A stretch of DNA of 63,216 nt, filler included, from Octopus bimaculoides (taxonomy: Eukaryota), in assembly GCF_001194135.2 (NCBI RefSeq). It is 8 parts of 7 records of this genome, joined end to end, with 100 filler letters (N's around TTAATTAATTAA, not from the genome) between each part and the next. Parts side by side here need not be neighbours in the genome. Positions count along the whole stretch, not along the records: positions 48,741 to 54,525 come from NC_069004.1; positions 54,626 to 58,470 come from NC_068990.1; positions 58,571 to 63,216 come from NC_068983.1; 5 more parts are not named here. One strand, given 5' to 3'. Both the position numbers and the translations under genes were made by a program. Position 1 is the stretch's first letter; each line of letters opens with the position of its first letter. Positions 51,881 to 63,216 of this stretch are shown one piece after another. Under the pieces are notes generated by a model that was given only the letters and a program-made list of their open reading frames with translations, searched no databases and was not told the DNA's origin.

Positions 51881-52740
51881 CTAATGTGTGTGTTTGTGTG
51901 CATGTGTATGTGTGTGTATGGGTGTATATATGTACAGATATCTGTATGCATGCATATATGTGTACATATTACATGTACATCTATATATATACATCTACAT
52001 ACATGTATGCATATAGATGTATATCTGTATATATATCTATACATATACGTGTACATATACATCTATATGTATACATATACATCTCTCTCTTTCTATATAT
52101 ANNNNNNNNNNNNNNNNNNNNNNNNNNNNNNNNNNNNNNNNNNNNNNNNNNNNNNNNNNNNNNNNNNNNNNNNNNNNNNNNNNNNNNNNNNNNNNNNNNN
52201 NNNNNNNNNNNNNNNNNNNNNNNNNNNNNNNNNNNNNNNNNNNNNNNNNNNNNNNNNNNNNNNNNNNNNNNNNNNNNNNNNNNNNNNNNNNNNNNNNNNN
52301 NNNNNNNNNNNNNNNNNNNNNNNNNNNNNNNNNNNNNNNNNNNNNNNNNNNNNNNNNNNNNNNNNNNNNNNNNNNNNNNNNNNNNNNNNNNNNNNNNNNN
52401 NNNNNNNNNNNNNNNNNNNNNNNNNNNNNNNNNNNNNNNNNNNNNNNNNNNNNNNNNNNNNNNNNNNNNNNNNNNNNNNNNNNNNNNNNNNNNNNNNNNN
52501 NNNNNNNNNNNNNNNNNNNNNNNNNNNNNNNNNNNNNNNNNNNNNNNNNNNNNNNNNNNNNNNNNNNNNNNNNNNNNNNNNNNNNNNNNNNNNAATAATT
52601 TAAAACTTTTTTTTTACTAAAACACAACTGGGACCCTAAGGCATGTGTAGAATTTGAATTAAATTGGTTGTGTAGTTCTGGAGTTTTAGGGATTCACACA
52701 GACACACACACACACACACATACATTCTCAATTTTATATA

Positions 52741-52780
<40 letters not shown>

Positions 52781-54625
52781 TGTAGGACCTTCCTTGGCCC
52801 TGCCTGCCTGAGATTCGAAACCAAATCCACCTGCTTGTTGCTTGTCAAGCAAGCAAGAAATCCTTTATTTGCATCTTCACACCAGATGATGAATGGGAAA
52901 CTCTTGACCTCCAAGGACCTGTGCTGGTCACAGAAGGGTCAGTCCTTTGTTTACGATTTGATCCACATTCTAGTATAGTCTATATAACAGAGACCATTTC
53001 CTTTCTCACCCCCTTTTATGTCAGTCATGACCAGGAGCAACAATTCCCTTTGTCCTTCACTCATCATATGAAGATAAATTTTTGGCCAGAATCAAAAAAG
53101 ACAATGCCACTTATATCCTTTCTTCATCTCATGTCAGCACTGTGCATTTCCTTACTCTTTCCCTCTCTACTGGCAAACTGCAACTTCCACACTGTTGACT
53201 GCCAACTATTGTCACTGTCACTATGATTACTGCTGTCTTACAAACTACTTGCTGGGCAAATAAAAAAATATAAATAATATACCGCCTTCCTTTTTCTGTA
53301 AAGATCTAGTCTTTCTCATTCACAAAATGAGCCCCACTTAATTTTGCTTAGATTGCTTTCAATTTTGGTGTATTGATGCAACTCTGAATTTTGATTACGA
53401 TCAACCAATTACTTTATCTCGTAAATTAAAGAATCTGATGTTATTTGGAATTAAAGTTGGGAAATTTGGGTAATTTTAGCCAAACAGCAGAGAGCGTGGC
53501 ATTAGCAGCTTGTTACTATGACAACCGCATGCTGTGTTGTGGTTCACTGTTGTCTGTGCCGCTGTTGTCTATGTTGATTTTTCATACTTATACTTTTCAT
53601 GTCGTATATTTTTGGGACTCATTGATTCAGGTAGCTGGATTTATGATTTCACTGGGTTAATTATATTCATAAAAATTTTAATTAGGAGTATTTCTTAAAC
53701 TGTTAGCTTCACATTTCAACATTTAATTGAAATTTAGCACCTGTAACAGGAACTGAGTGGGATATCATGAAACAGAGAGACTGTGTGTGATACAGATAGT
53801 TTGACATCATTTTTGAATTCTGCATGCAAAAACATATAAGCTACAGTTATTCTTTTCCTTGGAACAAAATCTTTGTTGATCAGTGTTATTCTTATCATAG
53901 TTTATAAATCCAATCATGAAAACGTTACTTAACTTTGGAGTTTTGGAGACACACACATGCACTTCTATATTAATGATGTACACAAATACATGGCAGGTAT
54001 ACATAATACTGAAGTACGCATAAAGAAAACACATACAGACAAATATATTAATATAACAAATTCTTAAAAATGATAAAAACATACAATCAATGAAGAGACA
54101 AAAGAAACAGTAAGATGATACATGTTGATTTTAATAGGTATTTCTGTTTATTTAGAAACCTACAATGAACAGGTCAGATGCTAAACTATAAATTTCACAG
54201 GGTACAAACTTAAAATTGACACCGCTTCGCTAAACGCAGAAAATTTCTGTCTCGCTATTGGCTAAAAATACCCAGTTTTTTCAATCATTAAACCTCTGTA
54301 ACTTTTTACTCTCTGTCAATCACTCACACATTCACTCACTAAAAGAAGTAAATACACATGAACATGTATGCAATAGGTGTACGTACGTATGTTTTGTGTA
54401 TGCATGCGTGCGTGCGTGTGTGTGTGTGTGTGTGTCACTGAAGCCATACATACATACATAACCTCTCTCTCTCTTTTTTCTCTGTCAATCACTCACTACA
54501 AAAAGTGAATAAAAAAATTTCAGCTNNNNNNNNNNNNNNNNNNNNNNNNNNNNNNNNNNNNNNNNNNNNTTAATTAATTAANNNNNNNNNNNNNNNNNNN
54601 NNNNNNNNNNNNNNNNNNNNNNNNN

Positions 54626-54663
<38 letters not shown>

Positions 54664-54782
54664 ACTTTCTCATCGTCTGTATGTATGTATGTTTCTATAT
54701 GTGTGTGTGTGCGGCTTTTTATGAAACTCAGGGTAAATTTGACGTGAATCACAAGATAGTGTTTAAATGCACACATGGATAT

Positions 54783-54819
<37 letters not shown>

Positions 54820-55068
54820 CATACATGCAACGCATATTGAGTGCATTGGGTTTTTAACAATAAATATATGTAAATTTAACGATAAATGTATGCGTGTGTG
54901 GTGTGTTTGTGTATGTACGTATGCATTTAGGAATATTTATACACGCATGCAGATGGACAGAAACACAAGTATACGCATGAATGTGCGCTCTAGTAAACAA
55001 ATGTATAATCGCTTCTAACACAAACAAGCATAAACATACGTCCGCTGCGTATGTGTGGGTGTGTGTAT

Positions 55069-55119
<51 letters not shown>

Positions 55120-55355
55120 AATGTTCACACACATTGATTCATATCTTTTTTTTTTTCTTATCGTTCGAAATGTTGGTCACACCTTACATAAAAGCTCGAA
55201 GCAAACGCCGGTAGCACACACGCACATGCACACGCACATGCACACGCACGCGTTCCTATATGCATGCAGCTATTCATACTTACATGCATGACTGCGTGCA
55301 CGCTTGTTGCGTGCATGCATCCACATATGCAAGCATAGATACGTGTGTGTGTGTG

Positions 55356-55395
<40 letters not shown>

Positions 55396-56771
55396 NNNNN
55401 NNNNNNNNNNNNNNNNNNNNNNNNNNNNNNNNNNNNNNNNNNNNNNNNNNNNNNNNNNNNNNNNNNNNNNNNNNNNNNNNNNNNNNNNNNNNNNNNNNNN
55501 NNNNNNNNNNNNNNNNNNNNNNNNNNNNNNNNNNNNNNNNNNNNNNNNNNNNNNNNNNNNNNNNNNNNNNNNNNNNNNNNNNNNNNNNNNNNNNNNNNNN
55601 NNNNNNNNNNNNNNNNNNNNNNNNNNNNNNNNNNNNNNNNNNNNNNNNNNNNNNNNNNNNNNNNNNNNNNNNNNNNNNNNNNNNNNNNNNNNNNNNNNNN
55701 NNNNNNNNNNNNNNNNNNNNNNNNNNNNNNNNNNNNNNNNNNNNNNNNNNNNNNNNNNNNNNNNNNNNNNNNNNNNNNNNNNNNNNNNNNNNNNNNNNNN
55801 NNNNNNNNNNNNNNNNNNNNNNNNNNNNNNNNNNNNNNNNNNNNNNNNNNNNNNNNNNNNNNNNNNNNNNNNNNNNNNNNNNNNNNNNNNNNNNNNNNNN
55901 NNNNNNNNNNNNNNNNNNNNNNNNNNNNNNNNNNNNNNNNNNNNNNNNNNNNNNNNNNNNNNNNNNNNNNNNNNNNNNNNNNNNNNNNNNNNNNNNNNNN
56001 NNNNNNNNNNNNNNNNNNNNNNNNNNNNNNNNNNNNNNNNNNNNNNNNNNNNNNNNNNNNNTATATGAAAAACACACATATATAATGTCTATGCATGTAT
56101 GATTGCTCACACACACATGTGTGTGTGCGTGTGTGTGTGTGTATGTTTGTGTAACACTTAATATCCATGCTATAAAGCATATTATATAATACCAAATATA
56201 TTTACGCAACGTTACACACGAACACAAACACACACAAGCACACACACATACAGACACACCTATACACACACATAAACGTACACACATGTACAAACACTTA
56301 AACTTCAACACATGGAACTGTCAGCGTAACATGAATATTAAATGCGCTATACTTCAATGGCTTTAGCCGCGATGTTTAAATAAACTACAGCAGAAGCCGC
56401 AAGGAACCCTTACGCACAGGGTTAAGTACAAAAGAAAAAAAAACCCAGAAAGGCACAAGCTGACACGAACACAAAAACACAGGCGCACAGTTTTGCACAC
56501 ATAGCGATCTCATAACAGGAAGATTTGAAGCAAGCTGTTGCAATACATACGTTATGTAGATACAAACTAAACAAGCGCCTAACAAGCAATTGTAGTGTTG
56601 TGGAGTTATATAGAGGCGTCGCAAAGTAGAAGGCTGCATGCGCGCTCGGGTATATTCGTGTGCACGTTCGAGTGTCCGTGTTAGTGCGTGCGTGCGTGCA
56701 CGTGTTTGTATAAACACGCACATATATTCATGTATAAAAGTACACAAATTTACATATTCATATATATGCAT

Positions 56772-56820
<49 letters not shown>

Positions 56821-56845
56821 CATATATATATATATATACATATAT

Positions 56846-56975
56846 ACGACGGGCTTCATTCAGTTTCCGTCTACCAAATCCACTCACAAGGCTTTGGTCG
56901 GCCCGAGGCTATAGTAGAAGACACTTGCTCAAGGTGCCACGCAGTGGGACTGAACCCGGAATCATGTGGTTGGTA
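56846..56975 (-). mobile_element. SINE family B head running into (TA)n(TG)n
   Basis: Near-identical to 17546-17680 (acgacgggcttcattcagtttccgtctaccaaatccactcacaaggc...gggactgaacccggaatc). Confidence 0.9.
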
Positions 56976-57084
56976 AGCACGCAATCATGTATATACGTAT
57001 GCATATGTGTGTGTGTGTATATATACATACATATGTATATGAGTCATATATGTATACATATAAATATGTATTTACAAAAATTTA

Positions 57085-57127
<43 letters not shown>

Positions 57128-57137
57128 NNNNNNNNNN

Positions 57138-57176
<39 letters not shown>

Positions 57177-57867
57177 ACATACGTAAACATCTATGTATAT
57201 ACATAGTCATATGTATCTAGGTATGACTATACATTCATGTATATAAATATATATATATATATATATGCATATACACACTTACGTATATAGCCATTTGTAT
57301 TTTGCATACAGATAAATACACACATGCATATACAAACACTGGTGTGAGTGTGTGTGCATGCACATGTGAACGCACACGCCTGTGTGTAAATGGGTGTGTC
57401 GCGGAATCAAGGTACTAATTGAATAAATGCGATATTCTCAACTTTTTTGTCTACCTTGCTCTTTCCCTATCGCAACACACATAGACATATATATACATAT
57501 ATATACATATATATACATACACACATGTACGTGCACAAATACGCACACACTCCCACACACACATACATACAGGTGTGCGACGTACATTGGCAAGATTTTG
57601 ACAAATGTTGCATGCATTGTTGTACCCAACTGAATCCCTAGGTAAAGTGATTCAGTTATCTGCCATATTGTGAATCTATGCACACCCGCTATCTAAGGGA
57701 GTTGTAAGGTTACAAGGCACCTGTATACAGGGTGTATACGTCGCACGATATACACTACACAAACACGCTTCTGGTGAATCAACAAATATATATGTATATG
57801 CATATGTATGTATGTGTATATATATGTGTGTGTGTGTGTGCATGTATGTATGCGTTATGAATGTATT

Positions 57868-57941
<74 letters not shown>

Positions 57942-57971
57942 NNNNNNNNNNNNNNNNNNNNNNNNNNNNNN

Positions 57972-58036
<65 letters not shown>

Positions 58037-58089
58037 ACATATATATATATATGGGAAGAGGATGGAGGAGGACTTTCCATGATTAAACA

Positions 58090-58400
58090 CTATTTAGTGT
58101 AGTGACCCTTCAGTAGATGAAGTACAGAGGGTGTATGTGCTGAATGATAGCATTATCGCTGATGTGGGTGCAGCATTCACCCGAGTCTTGTAAACTATCC
58201 GTCTAGAACAGTTGCAGGAGATTCCGAAGTCGTCTGGAGACCGTGGTTGAAGCCAATGGCGATTTTATTGTATAAATTTACTCAATGGTACTTCAAAATA
58301 TTTTTGTGTAATTTTGGTAAATATATCTCTTAAAATGAGATGTTAGTGTTATTTTCATTTTTGCGCAATTTAGATGATAATATATATCTTGCATCCTGTA
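58090..58400 (+). mobile_element. Tc1/mariner-superfamily transposase 3' end and terminus
   Basis: RFRSRLETVVEANGDFIV* at 58219-58275; ends in ...CCTG-TA at 58400. Confidence 0.7.
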
Positions 58401-58424
58401 TCTATCTATCTATCTATCTATCTA

Positions 58425-58470
<46 letters not shown>

Positions 58471-58570
58471 NNNNNNNNNNNNNNNNNNNNNNNNNNNNNN
58501 NNNNNNNNNNNNNNTTAATTAATTAANNNNNNNNNNNNNNNNNNNNNNNNNNNNNNNNNNNNNNNNNNNN

Positions 58571-58709
58571 TAGAACAAAACTGTACAAATCCAAATATAT
58601 GGTACCCTAGGCATAACACCTACATGAACTTCTAACTTGTTGTCTCTTGAGGTCTCTGGGTGAGACTTGGATCCAACTTGTACAAATGTAAAACAAAAGT
58701 CAAACATAA

Positions 58710-58710
<1 letters not shown>
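58571..58710 (+). mobile_element. Probable R4/Dong 3' UTR ending in (AAT)n
   Basis: Non-repetitive segment ending AAAACAAAAGTCAAACAT then (AAT)n, like the other Dong 3' ends here; no protein motif seen. Confidence 0.4.
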
Positions 58711-58780
<70 letters not shown>

Positions 58781-58782
<2 letters not shown>

Positions 58783-59700
58783 GGGAAATATGTTGCCTGT
58801 AGCAAACAAGCAGATATGGACCAGAAGTACACACATCAGTGGTTACGGAAATCAGGGCTAAAGGCAGAGAGTGATGGTTTTATCCTGGCTGTTAAGATCA
58901 GAGCTTGTTGACCCGGAAGTAACAAACCAATGTCATGAAAAATGGTGTAGACCCAAATTGTCGACACTGCAACGATAAGATAGAAACAGTAGACCACTAA
59001 ATCTCTGGATGTAAGGTTTTAGCACCAGTAGAGTACAAATCAAGACATGGTAGATTTGGCTAATATCTACATTGGATAATGTGTCGGCATTATAAAATCA
59101 AAACTGCTGACAAATGGTAAAAGTACCACCCTGCGGCTGTAACTGGGGGAGAAAATGTAACTATTCTTCGAGACTTCACAGTATGTACAGACCGGACCAT
59201 CCTGTATACTGATTGACTTGATCCTGCCCTGTGAACATAATATCACGTCAAAAGAATTTAATAAGCGCAGAAAATATAAACATTTGCAAAACGAAATAAC
59301 AAAGATGTGGTATCTCAAGACGGTCACCATAACAGTAATTGTGGGAGCAAAACATTATTTAAGAATAATTCCTTGCTTACCAAACATGCAAGAATTGCAA
59401 AGGTTTGTATTAACTGATACGTCACACGTACTGAGAGGAGCATTGTCACTGTGAATTTTCTTTCTTTTTACCCCATTATTTTATTTGTTTACTTTTTTTA
59501 TTTTTTATTCTTTAATTTTTCTCTATTACATGACTGTGTAAAGGAACAGTCCGGTGTGGTTAATTTAATGGTCTGCCAATGTATACAGTACGTTTTTTCT
59601 GTCCTAGGTGTCAGGAAGACACTCGGAAAGAGATGGAAACAGAATTGAAAGAAGATGCTAATGAAAATAGCAACGATAACAACAGCTATAATAATAATAA
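58781..59700 (+). mobile_element. R4/Dong element 3' portion: CCHC finger, restriction-like endonuclease, 3' UTR
   Basis: HQWLRKSGLKAESDGFILA...DPNCRHCNDKIETVDH.ISGC...KYKHLQNEITKMWYLKT...VIVGA...TSHVLRGALSL* (stop at 59454); (AAT)n on both sides. Confidence 0.9.
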
Positions 59701-60304
59701 GCATCGGTCGATGCCCGTCCATATAGTGCATCATGTGTCAAATTATGAAAAGTGATCTTTTTCTTTCTCAATTTGTGTTAACAGCAGCTGTTCTATTCAC
59801 TCTGCGACCAATTATTTCGTCAGATAGCAAAAAATCCATGTCTTGTATATTAGTAATGTAATACTGGAGATTATGACGTTTTGCGAGCGTTTGATTTGGA
59901 TATAAATTAAATGATATGTAGTGGCAGCGAAAATCAGCTATTGACAATCCCATTATAGTTAGGTGTGTATACAAACAAACCGATGCGTGATTAATTTGCC
60001 TGTACCTAAAACACACAATATAAATAGGTGAGTAGGTACAAGAGCTCGTGAACTTGAATTGCCATTAGATGTGAATAATCTTACGAACTCGATTGACTTG
60101 TGTTATGTCTGAGAGCTGAAAAGATGAAACAGTGCCAACAATTTGGTCACAATATGGTGAATAAACAATAGAATGAAATGATAAAGTATAGTTTAAGATG
60201 CACCAAATTGCATCTACAATAGATGTCTGAAATTTTCGAAATATGTTTCGTTATTTTTGACTGAGAAGACTCGATGCGTGAAAGGGGAAGGGAAGCTGTA
60301 CACA

Positions 60305-60361
<57 letters not shown>

Positions 60362-60489
60362 CTACAGCACACTCATACTTCAAACTGTACTGACCATTCC
60401 CCTACGCACATGTGAGGAAACACACTACAGAAAAGACAGCCACTCGTACTACCAAATTCTCCCTACAACAGTAAGGGGCACAAAGTTAA

Positions 60490-62340
60490 CTCACACACAC
60501 ACATATAAACAGCCAAAACCACACGCACAGACTGATCTAGGCTGTCCAGTTCTGCCGCAACTTTTGTAAATATCTTCATGTCGTCCATGAATAGCAAATG
60601 GCTCAGTTTTCTTCCCTCTTCCCACATCATACGCCAACTTTGTTTCCTGCAGTATTTCACTCAAGAGCATAATTGCCAACAGGAATCTGCCCTTGAAAGA
60701 TTCCTCTCTTGGTTTTCCTCTCCCCTAATACTTGCTTCCCTGCTGTCAATTCCGTTCTCCAGCATTTCATGCTATTCCATAAAAAATGTTCTCATATTTT
60801 CTGCTTCTCAGTACATGTTCTTATTATCCATGAGTATGTTATCATATCATATGATTTGCGATAGTCGATCCATGCCATGCTCAGGTTTGTATGTCTTCTC
60901 TTGCAGTTCGTAAAATTTAGATTACCAATTAAGAATTGATTCTTCGTTCCCCGGCTCCTTTTTTGGCACCCCTTCAGTTCAATGGGTAGCAGCCGACTTT
61001 TTCCCAAGTATTTATACAGTTCACTGTTCAAAGCACCTGACATTAGTTTCCACATTATCGGAACGCACATTATTGGTCTAAAGATAGATGCAACATTTCC
61101 CTTTTCAAGATCCTTGGCATATAACAATGTTTCCCTTTCTCACCCAACAAGGTATTGCACCTTCTCGAAAGAACTCATCTTGCTATTGTGCTATCCTTTC
61201 TTGGAGTCCTATCAGATTCTTCATCCGATAAACTTGATACCAATCCGGTCATGGGCTCTTGCAATTTGGAGATTTATTTAACTGAAATTTTTATTCTTAC
61301 TGTAGATATATTTATGTCTTCTTGGACTTCTATATTTCTTCTATATTTCTTCATACAGCCAATTAGCTTCATCATTATGCTCTACATGTTGGTCCCAGAT
61401 CCCTCTTTATAATGCCTTGCTTTCCTCTGCATCTGATATCAGTGTTACTTGAATTTTCCACCCAGTTCCTAAAACAGTTTCTTCAGATTTGCTTCAAACA
61501 ATGTTATGCCCGAACTGCAATTTTTTTCTATTATCATATCTTTCCAGCTTTGTTTTGATTCCTCCTACACTTCGTTTAACTTCTTCCAATATCACATTAT
61601 AACTTTTATCTCTTATTCTATTTGTTCTTATCGGCATTATTCTTAAGTATTCGTTCTGCAATTCCCCTATTCTCAATCTATCAATTTGTCCTAAATGCCT
61701 TTCTAACTTAATTTGCTTCTCACAAATTCTACGCCAGTAAGTAGGGTTCTTTACGTTGTATTTATTCTTTTATTTTGTAACCAAATCTATCTGCAGCAAC
61801 CATAGCTATATCCCAAATAATCTTGTTAGTTTCATTTTTATTTCTCGTCTGGAATAGTCCAAGAAGCGGATCTAACTGTTTGTTTCCAACGTTGAGCCTG
61901 CGTCGACCATTGTACCTCAGGTTGTGGGGTTCTTGACCCTTGTCTTTTCTAATATAACGACACAGTGTCCTAACTACGTCTTGTTGGTCATCATCGTATA
62001 CTTGTGACATAGCTCTTCTGCTTCATTTGCTGAGAATGCATTTCCGTTAACAATTTATTCTATATCTTCACTGCCGCTATCCAGTTTTCTGTTGTCACTG
62101 GGCATTTTATGTGTTGGTGAAGTATTATTTCTATCTTCTATTTTCTTCCTTATTTCTTCTATTTCCATATCAGTTAACAACCCTTTGCTATTATTGCTCT
62201 TGCTTGGCTGTTTAACCGTTGTTCACTTGTCTCGAAGAGTCCTGTCACATTCCAGTTTGCTTTCATTCATTGTCGGAATCCCCTTCTCCTGGATTCACTT
62301 CTGATCCAGCATTTAATTAACTTTCGGTTTGGTCCTTATC
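60490..62340 (-). mobile_element. R4/Dong element N-terminal region and RT, 3'-truncated, many stops
   Basis: FRPIMCVPIMWKLMSG...LLPIELKGCQKRSRGTKNQ...LSMAWIDYRKSYD; KLSHLLFMDDMKIF. Confidence 0.9.
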
Positions 62341-62837
62341 CCACCTTCTTTGCATCTGGCTTTGTGTAGAAGCAGTCTCTGAATGACGTACGGGCCTGCG
62401 CTGCTCAACCACAGGGCAGATGCCGGGCGAAAGGCATTCACCTTTGTCTCCAACCTCATTAACACCATTATTTGATATATTAATGTTAGATATTTACCCC
62501 AACATTGTGGTATGTGTTTTAAGGTTAGCCACCAACTGATATTTTTATAGACACACCATATATACTAAAATTGTCAACCAAGAATTAAGAGCTGTTACCA
62601 ACCACAAGTTGGACCTCTTCACTTCACATTTCTGTGTGCTGGGGACCATGATCGTTATTCTCATTAGGAGAGAGGTGGACGTCAGTTCGTCACACATCTT
62701 TACTCAAATATTGCTCCATAGTTAAGTCCCGATTAGGGATCCCTTCACCTTCATCCCAGGCATGAGGGCCGTTGGACACTGACAGCTTTTGAACACTGTG
62801 AGAATGGAGTCCTATCTATTCCTGTTTTAAATCAGTG

Positions 62838-62848
62838 TTCTTCTTCTT

Positions 62849-62923
<75 letters not shown>

Positions 62924-62924
62924 G
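62838..62924 (+). repeat. (TTC)n(TTA)n compound microsatellite at a Dong 3' junction
   Basis: Direct reading. Confidence 0.95.
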
Positions 62925-63216
62925 TTCAGTAGTTTTATTTTTATAACGTGCTTTCACTTCACTACTGAGCGCAGCTTTGTGCGCCATGGGTATGTGCTGT
63001 GTTTTTCTGTGGTGCTCTTATGTTTACTGTATTGAAAGTGTTTTGCGTAGAATGTGTGCAGTACCCAGTAGTGCAATTTTCTGTATGTTATATATATATT
63101 TGTAAGTCCTGGTGCTTTTGTTATGTATTTGAATATTTTTTTATTATACCTAAGGCACCTACTATGATAGGAATTGTTTCTGTTTTTAGATTCCACATTC
63201 GAGTTATCTCTATTTC
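62925..63216 (-). mobile_element. R4/Dong 3' end followed by (TAA)n; continues beyond the window
   Basis: EITRMWNLKTETIPIIVGALGIIKK; frameshifted continuation toward the K-ALLGTAHILR-type terminus. Confidence 0.85.

Noticed and set aside
58781-62340. Opposite-strand Dong halves as one twin-primed (5'-inverted) insertion
   Set aside because: The geometry is tail-to-tail with about 800 bp of unrelated sequence between; better read as two insertions
62432-62442. GGTGAATGCC match to the 3' half of miR-124 (minus strand)
   Set aside because: No seed half and no precursor hairpin
62340-62460. Possible HDV-like ribozyme at the Dong 5' end (GCC-8 nt-GGC hairpin)
   Set aside because: I could not find a P1 partner or P1.1/P2 pairings by eye; a descriptor search would settle it

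Overview
AT-rich, gap-ridden, microsatellite-saturated animal genomic DNA. The SINE types and the (TA)n/(CA)n/(AAT)n load suggest a coleoid cephalopod such as Octopus; this is inference and no database was searched. I found no convincing host-gene exon, tRNA, rRNA or CRISPR array, and nearly all ORF-track entries come from microsatellites or N-runs. The window is a mosaic of decayed mobile elements: about 8 R4/Dong-type non-LTR fragments tied to (TAA)n, RTE, CR1/L2-like and L1/Tx1-like fragments, Penelope-like RT and GIY-YIG fragments, four tRNA-headed SINE families, Tc1/mariner remnants, a Helitron-like element, a fold-back element and a probable Transib/RAG1-like remnant with an RSS-like end. 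The most notable signal is four structurally different type-I hammerhead ribozyme folds, found by manual base-pairing (30449-30520, 34832-34884, 46250-46288, 46975-47043), plus one degenerate copy. Two have palindromic, dimer-type stem III and two have non-canonical cores. Element boundaries are approximate unless exact motifs are quoted.
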